From an uncultured archaeon (GTDB lineage Archaea; Asgardarchaeota; Lokiarchaeia; Sigyniarchaeales; SOKP01): a stretch of 64,000 nt of DNA. Each line of letters opens with the position of its first letter. The stretch's first letter is position 1. Below the pieces are notes generated by a model. That model did not search any database and had not been told where the DNA came from. It saw only the letters and a list, made by a program, of their open reading frames with translations. Both the position numbers and the translations under genes were made by a program. Positions 15,001-27,000 of this stretch are shown one piece after another. The stretch lies in contig CAZALK010000007.1 of NCBI GenBank assembly GCA_964486045.1, positions 1-64,000 on the forward strand, read 5' to 3'.

Positions 15001-18000
15001 AACAGTTCCTTGTTTACTTCAGTGAGTCAAGGGCAATGGAGATTAGTAGATAATTCTTCCACCGGTGCAGGGATAATTACTCTTAAAGACGTGTGGAAAG
15101 AAGTGGGAGGTGCGTTTGAACTGCTCAATGAGAGCCTTTACACCTATAGTATTAGGAATGAGAGTGGGGTTGATGCTCTTAACCTAACCTATACAGGTTC
15201 CGGTTCAATCGACTTTAAGATTGAGTATGGCTACATTCCAAAGCAGAAACTTACTCACTATGCAATAAACAACTTCTTGATTAATTCTACTATTAGTATT
15301 AGAATAAACAATTCAGTTACCATAACGAACATGACACATGGGATCGGGTATGACATTACAGGCACCACCAATAATTACATAACTTTCTATACTTTTTACA
15401 GTTCGGTTACTCCGGAATACAAGGTAGGGGATGCCTATTTCATTTCTTACTATGGATATCTTACTGAAGAAATCAATCTCGTGAATAATATGATCCTTGA
15501 ATTTTTGGATTCTGATGGATTCTGGATACCAATAACTAAAGTTCCGATTGGAGCTGATGGTAATTTAGATCATAGTTTTTTCATGGGCGAAGATGGATTA
15601 GAATTTCCATTAAACGAAGAAATAATTATGAGGATAGTCTATCTTCCTTCCAGTTTAACCAATTACAATGATCAATCTTTAGGAGTTGATTATTCTGGAT
15701 TTAATCCGGTCTATAACACTACCTATTCCATAAATGAAATGTTTACTTTAACTGTCAATGGAAAACAAAGCAAAATCTCCTATATACCTACCGAATTTTC
15801 ACGCACCTTCGACCAATGGGCAACAGTTCAAGACAGAATTTATACCACCACCACAAGTCCTTATGAAACTTTACAAGTTGGTAAGCCTTATACCTATTTT
15901 GACTTCCACAGGACCATTACAGATAATTATGAGTTCCAATTTGAATTAACTGACGATAGGGGCGAATTTCTCGCAGACCAGTTAGTGTGGATGGAAATCG
16001 GTTTCAAACCGAAGGCGGGGCTTAATTACAAAATACTTGACTGGGAAGATGAGGATGGAAATTATATCGATTCTGAAGCGTTAGGTACCGCTTGGATTAC
16101 TGAGCAAGGGCAAGAAGGAGTGCGTGGTCCAGGGGTATTGGATCCTACTTATTCAATATCGCGAATGTTCACCCGACCTGAATCATGGGAGTACCTAGAC
16201 TCCAAGACAGGACAAGTCGCTGAGTACTCAAGCCTATTCTGGGATTATCAAATAACTGATAATACAGGAATTGTTTCTTTCAATGTCAGCTTGGATGAAG
16301 ATCTAATAGAAGACCATCACCGCATTTTCGATGAATCACTTTTCAGTAGTGGAAGTGTAACCTTTGACTCGCTTGATGATTATCGGCTATATATTCGCGT
16401 ATTCCATGCCCCTGTGTATGATATAGGTCATATGGCTTTTGATGATGCTTCACAACTTTATATGTCGCAAGACAATAATGTATTTGACCTTGGTAGAGTA
16501 TCCGAATTAGACGGATATGATTATAAAGACACTACATTCTATTCAGGAGGGTACGGAGAGGGTTTAATTACAATCCATCCCGAAGATCTTATGCTTGGAG
16601 TACCAAATCTCTTAGTACACCAAATGGGTTCGGAACTAAACTTTTCATTTAGTGTGGAGATTGCAGAGGCTGATGTTGTACCTGATGCCGAATTGATGAC
16701 TATTGCCAAATTAGAGACCAGTTTCGAGACTAATAACTTGATTCCCGAAGATAGTCAGAATATCTATTTAATAAACGGAATGCCAATCATAGCAATGATC
16801 ACTGATTATTCAGGTGAAAGTGTATTTGAAGAGGGACTTGTTCAATTTTCTGCGTATGTTGATAGTGACGGAGTAGCAACCTTCAATATCAATGACACTT
16901 ATTTAAACCAACTGATTCCGGGAGTATACCAAGTCAACATTTTCACCTTACCAAGGGAGTACACTAAGGATGTATACCGTTTCATCAGCCTCGAAGTGAG
17001 ACCTGAGAATTGGATGAAATTTGGAGAACCTACCATGACATTAGACCTTCTCAACTGGTATGATTCCGGATGGGGTGGAGCATACTTCGGAAACGATTAT
17101 GCGTTCTATGAAGATATATATCCACGACTCACTGGGTATCTTGCAACCTTACATAGCGAAGAAGGCATTTCTGATTATATCAACTTCAAAGTTTCAGCGA
17201 AGGCAAGGGATATCGGAGATACTACTGATTGGAGCGAATTTTCATGGATTGAACTTGGAGATGAGGATCTTTTCATTAGTTCACTCGTCTATGACGGTCT
17301 TTATTACTTTGAATATCCTCTAGGGCAGGATGGTGATATGTTGATGGGTAAAGAAGTTATTTTGAACATATCTGCGGACGCCACCTACAATCAGACAGGA
17401 ATGATTGCCGATAATAGAGAGCAAAAATTATTTATTCTAAACCTTACTCTTACAAATTCCAGTATTAGAACTGATTCAGTGATACTTGATTCTTATTCTG
17501 ATTCAGATATAGGAGAGTTCTGGATAGGAAATCTTGCCGAAAACTATGGTGTAGAACGATATTTTGAATACACGGATGATATTGATACTTATGGAATTGA
17601 TTCTGATGATATTTTATTAAACCTTAATGGATACACCGATATTATTGATATTGTAGAAGTGAGAGGAATATATGAATATGATGAAGTAATTCTGATAGAG
17701 GGCGCCGGTAATAATTATACGGTTATTGGAGATTATAGTATAGTAATTAACAGTGGAACCACTTTAGATAACTACTCCGATTTAGTAATTTCATACACGG
17801 TTAAACTTGAGGAAAATAAGGTTAAAACATGGACATTCTCTGAGACCAATGGATTCGAGTTCTCTGAAATACTGTTTAATACTGACACAACTCCACTCCA
17901 ACTAGATCATGATAATTATTTAGGTGTATATAATTCAAAATTTAATGAATCTTATACATTAGACGTTTCCGGGATGGCTAATCTAAACGTTGGTTTTATA

Positions 18001-21000
18001 GATAGTGATATAACCCTAAAAGATGTAAAAATCTACAATATTACCGATAACACAGGGCAAAAAATTGAAGATTCATATGAACTTAGTATTATAAATAATA
18101 ATAAACAAATTAGAATTGACGTTGATTTAACTGGCCCAAAAGACGTCTTCATTAAATATGGTGTTGCTTCCTATAAGCTTGATCGAGGATATCAACGAAT
18201 TGATATGAATATGACAGATGCTGTCAGAAAACTTTCAAGATTCCGTGATTCACATAAATTATACAATCACAGTTCTAGCACCGATATTAATCTACTCACC
18301 ATTCCAGACGATCCCCAAGATCCACTCAATCCAGGTACACCTAAGATCTTAATCCCCATTTTAGAAGATAATAAAACTACTATCTCATTCAATTATCTCG
18401 CTTTGCTCTATGACAGCATTCTCAATGGTTCATTTTTCTTAGACGATGCTGTACTTTATGGAAACGTGTCAAAGCTTAAACCAATACTTGCAACATTTAC
18501 CTTTACTACCGAAGATGGAGAATCTTATTTCGATTATGTATCAATCGATCCTTCCACCGGAGAAAATAGGTTTGATTTCGAGATTAATCTCCAGCCTATG
18601 TATGCGGTTAAAGGTTATACTACTTATGATATCGAAATCGATTTTCTTACCTATGGTAATAACATGAATATTACTCAGTATGTTATTTTCGATAAATTTG
18701 AGCTTACTGCTGATGATAGGATACTTCAGGTCATCGATAAACCGATGAAAAATAAAAGGAATGAGATAAATGTAGCCCAGACGATAAATACGGCACATTA
18801 CGCTCAAATTTTCACTGATAGACTAAATGAAGCGTATGATGTGGTTAATGACGCATGGGTGACGATTGCAGTTGAAGGCTTTGATGATTATGGTGAATTG
18901 GTTAAACTATACAAGGACGAGAATAATTATGATGAACTTACGTTTGAAGTTATTGACAACAATTCATATTCCTTTAAATCAGAACAATCTCAAGATTATA
19001 GGCTTACGGAATCATTAGGACTTCACATTAATGCTTACGACCTTGAGCTTCCTGAATATATCGAAGGAGAAGTTAATCTTTATGCTGGAAAAGGCACAGA
19101 AGCTTACGGAGAGGTGTTTGTTGATGCTAAAGAGTTTAATATGACTTGGCAGTACAGTGATTATACCGTAGATGTTAGTCAATTTGATGACAACATTTAC
19201 AATACCCAAAATTTCGAATTATCAACTCAACCCCTCACCAGTCAATATATGTATGTTAACGGGGATTTATACCTACATCATCGAGTTGATCTTACTGACT
19301 CGAATAACATTATTAGTTCAGGGTTACCAAACGGAGTTCAATTTGCTGTAGAAATTCCAAACGCGACTACTAGAATTGACTATGTTGATATAAACACTAT
19401 TGATAGGATAAGTACTCCTTGGGACTGGGTTGAATCATGGCAAGGATTTGCTTTAACGCAAGATGATTATATTGTATATAACCCCGATAATGCTGACACT
19501 TACACACCGTCTACAGTTGTCCTTACAGAAGGAACTCACTATGATTTGGTTATTACTGAACAAGGGGAGAATCAGATTCACTTTTATGAAACAAAGGATG
19601 ACATAATTCTACTTCTTACCAGCAATACCATCCAAATTGATTTCCATGCTGACTTCGAATTTACGGAGTTTGATTATAGCATAGATGAACCTGCAAATAC
19701 CTACAGTCCTACCCTTCATTGGAAATTCCCTGATAGCTCATATCTTTTCTGGGATCAATTTGAGTATCATCCCGATTTAACTTCAGCCACCACCTTTAGT
19801 GCTTCATTTTATCATTTGAGCGAGTATGCCCCTATGAGTGCTTTTATGTCCTCTACCACTGAAGAATTTCAATTCTATCCAAATGAATATAACTTTACCG
19901 AATTTATTTTTACCGGATTTGATGATAGATTTTATGAAGTCTCACTGAATTTAACTAACGGCGGAGAATTTGACGATATTATACAAGACAAACAATGGGA
20001 TAGAATAAACCCATTTGGTATTACCATCCAGACCGAAGCAGGTGAGCGATATGTAAATGAAAAATATATGATCTCTTGGTCACATGATGTTAATTATCCC
20101 ACTGAACCCATTTACACATTTACAATGGTAAAGGAATATTTTGAATATCTTAATATTCTCAATGACACCGAAGTTTTAGTGACATATAATTACATGAAAG
20201 AAAGTTCAAGCTATTACACTAAATATGATGATATTCTTTATGGTAGTTCTTATACATTCACTATTAAAGATTCACTTGGAAACATTATCCAACCGGTAGG
20301 AAATATATCCTCAATTCAAGGAAACAATATAACGTTCACGGATAGCATTAAACAATATTTAACCATTGGGGAGAATTTTACTATCGAGTACTCATTCAAA
20401 ACAAAGGGCGGCTTACTGGACACCAAACACTTCTTTATCGAAATCCAGCCTTATGAGATGAAGTTCTATAATAATTATTACCCATTCAGCGGTTCCAGCA
20501 TCGTAGCGCCTTTATACTATAATCTATCAGCGAATTATCAATATCAACTAGCACTTAATTATCGACTCCAAGAAAAAACATTTCTAACATTCTCAACTGA
20601 GTTAAGCGATTATGAAGCTACAAGTAAGACTGCTACTATTGAATTAAGTCAGAATGATCCTCTTGAAGATAAAGATGGTTTTGTATTGGTCACTTACTTT
20701 ATTAACTCATCAGGTCAAAAGGAAATAATTGAAGATGAATATGTTGATTACAATAAACTGTATCACAAGGTTATTATCAGTGATTTTGATGCGTTTACCG
20801 AGGGAGATACACTTGTTGAAGGAGATAGTATTTATGCCATGATCATGCCAGAGCTTCTCAACAAATACCAACCGTTCCATTATGTCGAGACTGATTTAAG
20901 TAATAGAGCCTTTACCCTCACTAACTGGAAAGTTTCTCAAGATACTGATAATACTTTGATGGCCAATTTCGATTCTAATAACTTCATTTATGGTGCTACT

Positions 21001-24000
21001 GCCTACGAGCCAATTACTCCTGGGATGGTAAAACAGATCTATGCTATTCTAAATAGCACCAATAACCTCACTTATTATCTTACCGACGAATTAAATGATG
21101 CTTTCAATGGCTGGAAAGATTTTGATACCCTTATTATGAAAATGGGATTCTTAAATCCAGATGTACTTGAATATCTAAATGTTTCGTTCTACTATAATGA
21201 TGACACATACATAGGCTATACAAATGTGACTTTAGACATGCTCGACGATGATTCTGGTTCTGTTTACATTAGACTTCCCGACTCAACCGACTTCCAATAT
21301 TTCACGGTCGCTAATAACGCCCACATCACCTTTAGCCCCGCATTCTATCAAGCTGATGATTATCTCGGATTTTTCTATGAACAAGGGGTTCCTACCTACC
21401 AATCAGTAGAATGGGCTCTTGACGATGTAGTAAACGGTTATCTACCTATTGATTTAGATAAAGAAGCCTTTTCACTCAATGAAAAAGTATATATATTTAA
21501 TGATCAATATGAATTCCTTTATGCAATAGATACTGGGTTAAGAGAGCAAAAAGAGGATTCTAATGGACAGATTTACACTTTACAATATAATAACGTTTCA
21601 ATCCCGAGCTCATATATAATAGGTGGAAATCCAATGCAAATGAAAGATGGAGACCTTCTCTTTCTAAAATATAACGCATCTTTAGAAGAATCAATTGGAA
21701 TAATCGTTGAAGATATGGTGCTTCAGAAGAAACCTTATATCTTAAATTATGAGACAGAACTAAATGACGTACCAATTGCTGAAATTTCTTTATTAGGGAT
21801 TAATAATGACGGAATAACCTATACAACTGAAGGTCTTTATGAGAATCGAGATAAACTCGTGGCATGGAATACCCCCTTAGGCTTAACTCCTTTTGAAAAC
21901 GGATTTTATAATGAATACAAACAAGCAATTATCAATATATCTCTAAGTGATATTTACTCTGATTTCAAGACAGTAAACGCTGATAATATCGAATACTCTT
22001 ATATAACCGATATTTTAATCACATCTAACGACCCACGCTATGAGTTAATCGTCGATTCGATCTTTCTATTTGAATTTGATGAAAATGCAACCCTTTACGA
22101 TTCGGATATTTTCGATATTTTTGATAACAATCACATGGAGAAATTCTATGTTGGTGATTATGCGCATATTTACAACGAGGTCTTAACTCTTGAGGCAAGC
22201 GAGTTTCTACCGCTATATCAAGATAATAGTGCAATTAATGAGACCTACTATTTCAACGCATTTGATAATGACGGGAACTATTATTATTTTGACGAGCACT
22301 TAAGTGGTCAAGAAACGACTTCAGGAATTTATGATATTACTTGGAATTCTCAATACAGCGAAGAATATTATTATGCCTATCGCGACCAAGATTCAGATCT
22401 TCAAGACTTATTTGAGTATTACAACCCACACATCGACACTTTCAGGTATCTTTATATCTCATGGGCAGACCAGAATGCATGGAATGAATGGCACACTATT
22501 GAAACTCCAAATGTAAATAGCAGCACACTTGATATAACCTTTAAATGGTACGATGAAGTCTTAGAGGAATATCAATCCGTATCATATGATCAATCCCTAG
22601 ACGAATTTGAAGCAAGACATATTGCGATTGAAAATATTTACCCATACAACTCAGGACCGGTAGAAACATTTGACTTATCACAAAACTATTACAACGCCGT
22701 AAACCTTGAAATCATGCTTGCCAAGGGATATTATTTTAACGAATCTGAGGTTAATTTTGATCTAGGAAATGTTATTTTACAGGGTGATAAAAAATCGATT
22801 CAAATTACGGAACCAAATGGCTTTGAATTAAATAATTTCGAGAAGATAGTTGTATATCTTAACTTTACTGAGGGTGCGTACTCCGATTATACTCAATTTA
22901 GACTGAAGGACAATGGTTTTATTAATCACCCAGAAGCACCATTGTGGACCAAAAATGACAGCATTTATGTTAATTATGAATACAATGATATTGATTACTT
23001 TCTACTCATGGAAGATTATGCTGTCGGTTCTGATGATTCGCTTTTTGAATACTCCGAATATGTGAGAAATGGTAATTTTGTCTCATATAATACCTTAGAC
23101 TCTGAATATGAAGTCCTTAAAGATATGCAGCTTGCAAACTTCGACAATTTTACTGGAAAAGAGGATAAGAGAAACACTCTTGAATTTTACGATTCAGATC
23201 TTGATGGTACACATGAACTTGTTATTCAGAAAGAAGATGTAGACGTTGACGGAGTTTATGATGTGTTTAGATATGGTGAGGTAGATCCCGCGGGAGAGAT
23301 TGTGTTTCATACGACTCTAATTACAATCGAGTCATCTAATACAGAGACACAAAAGGCCAGTAGTGTAAAGCGGAGTAATTATTACAAAATCGCAGGGGAT
23401 GATTCAATTTTTGGTGATAGTCTCCAAATCATGATTGCTAACGATGGTGACTTTGCATGGTGGTGGGCTGGTACTTTGTTCGGGCGAAGGACCATGATAA
23501 CCGACACTACCACAACCACAACGACCACCACAAGTACCATAATGGTGCAAAAGGACCTCGATTTGGACGGTATTATCGATAAGGATATTACATTCGAGTC
23601 AATAAACACTATTTCAGTAGCATCTACCTATACTACAGAGATCCTTGGGTTCTATCTTGATGATATCTTCAGCGAGAATCATATGTTTGAAGGCTCGTTG
23701 ATAGAATATCGCAATTCAACAGTAGAAATGTCAGATAAATCTCATACATTTACATTTAGGGATTATAAGAACGGTGAAGTAAGTTCCACTCGAATTTACG
23801 AAGACATATTTCCAAATGAGCTTTCAGATAAATACAATCTCAACAATTATCTTACTACCGTCATTAATAATAACGACGATGAAGATCCTTCAAATGACTT
23901 TGTTCTTCAAGCTCCCGCTCTGGAGAGTTTATTGACCTTTACCCACGCAACCGATAATGTCCCTGCTTTATTTGATAGTAAAACTACTATAACCTCCTCG

Positions 24001-27000
24001 ATAGCCATGTATAATATTCTAGCAACTCAGAAAACCGTATCAATCCCAGACTCACGAACTAATCTATATAAGACATCCTCTGTACTAGACATTATTCAAG
24101 TGATTCCTGTTGACGGTAAGGTTATAGTTGATAGCAATCCTCGGTACAGTCCTAAGGAAGTGAGTATCAACGGTGAATATTGGTATTACTCTAGCGGTCA
24201 AGACGGAATTTTCGACACAGTTTTTGTCGTAAACGAAGATAAAGAAGTGTTAGCTATTGGTTTTGACTACGATTATAACTCTCTATTTGTACCAAATAAG
24301 AGAATTAAAAGTGAAAAACACCTCATAAACACCGTAGTAGGGGGCGGACATGACTTTTCATCATTAGGTCCTCAAAATAGAGTATATTTGCGAGACACCA
24401 ATTCTTATGACGGAAATTTCATGGATAATACATTTTCCGATTCTCTCTACGATATTTGGAAGATGCATTATACCTCAGAGACCAGTGCGTTGATGAAAGA
24501 GATTTCCGCTATTACATCACGTCAATTTGTTCAAACTGTGACTCCCAGGGTAGTTGATGACGTTCTTTGGCAAGTTGGTGCAGGATTATTTGCGACAATA
24601 TTTATGATTACCTCAAGTACAGGTCCTCTCGGATTTTTGCTCATGTATGGAACCCTTCAAGCAGCTCATGCTCGTGAGGTTGCGGAGGAGAACCTACAAT
24701 TGATCGCTTCGCAGACATTCTATAATGAGGACTTCGAGGCGGAAATAACTCTTTCAAGTAAGAAAGCGTATGACGAGTTATGGGGGGGAACAATCCCTAA
24801 TATACTTGGGGGTAGTACTTCCGGAGTATATGCCGGAGTGTATTTAGAGACTGATAGACATATTTTTAAAGGAGATCTTCTGCTTGCCCCACAAGGAATC
24901 CAAAAGACTGATTGGATGGGTAATAACGTTCCGATCTCCTTAGACTATGCTGCACAGACACGAAGTTATTCTGGATACTCAGATATAAATGATACTCGTC
25001 TCAACGCACATTTATTTACCTACGAGTACCCTGAAGGTCATCATAATGAGCCTGGTGCGCTTGACCAAGTAATTACTGAAGCCGGTATTGATATAAGCGC
25101 TTACAATTTGAATTCAGTAATGCATTTAGAGAATGCAATTTCCCAGGAAACAGGTGGTCAATATGACACACTCTACCCATATATGTTATACGACAATAAT
25201 GTTTTTATACCAACTTTCCAATTTGCCGGCATTGACAACGCATTTCCAGTGCCTGACTTCTATCATGAATATCCAATATTCGTAGATCTCCAATCCAGTA
25301 GTGCAACCCCAACTTTTATAGTTTCTGACCTTTACACCATCTACAAAATATTTGATATCAACAGCCCACGGGATATTGATATTGTTCCTGATAATGGAGT
25401 TCATATGATTTACAGCGATGTTCAACGAATAGACGTCTATCAATATACGACAGCAGACCTTGTTATGGGATATGACCAAATCGTTTATGACAGAAAGTTT
25501 ATCGGATCATACTATAATAATAGCTTTTCATTTAATAAAACGCAAGGAATTCTCACTATTGATAAAGATGTCCATTCTTACCTTGTATCACAAGCAGGAG
25601 CATTAGAAGTTGCCCACCTTGGGGACCCCGATTATGAGGTGTTTTATGTGTTTGAAATTAAGATTGCTAAATATCAAGTCTTAGATCCTGAGGACAAAAA
25701 AGAGAGTCATATTGCCACCATGCAAGCCGTCGAACAAAACATCTTAGAGTATTCTTATCAATACACACACGCTCAAAACACGCAGCAAGGGTTATCGGAG
25801 ATGTTTTATACCGTTTTTATTACCACGATAAGCACCATAATTACTGTCGGTCTTACTTATGGGATTGGCTCGTTTTTGAAACCAAGTACCGGATTTGTAT
25901 GGGATGGCACCGGTTGGACTTTTATGGATACTCTTACAACCGATGTTGGCGTAAGTACATTAGTAAGTCATTTTGCAGGGGTTGCGAGCCAGATGTCAAA
26001 AATAAGCGTTTTATTTTCCCCAATTAAAGAGTCTTTACAAGAAATATTTGTTGATCCCTATCTGGAGACTATAGTATCTGATATCGTCGCAAGTCTTGGT
26101 GGAGGCATCGCTTTACAAGTGCTATTCAGCAGTCTTGTTGAAGGTGGTCGTGAAAGCATTACTGGGCCGTTATCACAATTCATATTCGGTGACAGTCAAG
26201 TTAATACTCAGAGCTTAGTGACCGAACAACATGTTATCAATGTCATTTCACAAGAGGAAAGCGTTGTGGAGAATGCCATCGAGAACAAAAAATATTCACT
26301 AAAATACAGTCCACAATGGAGTTCAATTTTCAAAACCGGAGCTTCTCTGATTCTTGGTGCAGCACTCACAGCCATCGGCGGACCTATGTTCTTTGGTGGC
26401 ACTCTTGCCAGCGGATTTGTTGCCCTCCAATCGATTTCCCAAGATGTGAAGATACAAAAGACTATTATTCATAATATTGTATCTCAAAGTTTCTCAACTG
26501 ACTATAATGCTAAAAACAACGCCGAAGAGATCGAAATTCAGGTACGTGCTGCGGGAGTACATCCTGATATTGCTCTTCAAAAGATTTCCGCCTTCTCAAC
26601 CCAAAAGGTTAGAGATTTACTTCCAAAAGTTTACAGTGCTTATGAATATAATCCTTTATTAAATATTTACCTTGTTGCAGGCCACACAGTTCTCGATCCA
26701 AATTTACCATTATCAAAGATCCACTACAGGAGACCACTTACTGTGGTGGCTGATATGGTAGGTGGTGCTACATCTACTCGGATTGACGCAACAAGTATTG
26801 TTAATGAAATGGCAGAAGCATTATATGCAAAATTAGTTGCAAAAATTCCACAAAAAACTCTTGGAGATGCGATTCTTGCTACTTTTTCGGAAGATGCTCT
26901 AAGGCAATTACTTGCTGATAAAGGGATTTATAGAGACAAGTTAAGATCATGGATAACTAAAAGCCAAGAAAGTTTTAATGTACTTGTTGAAATCGCTACT

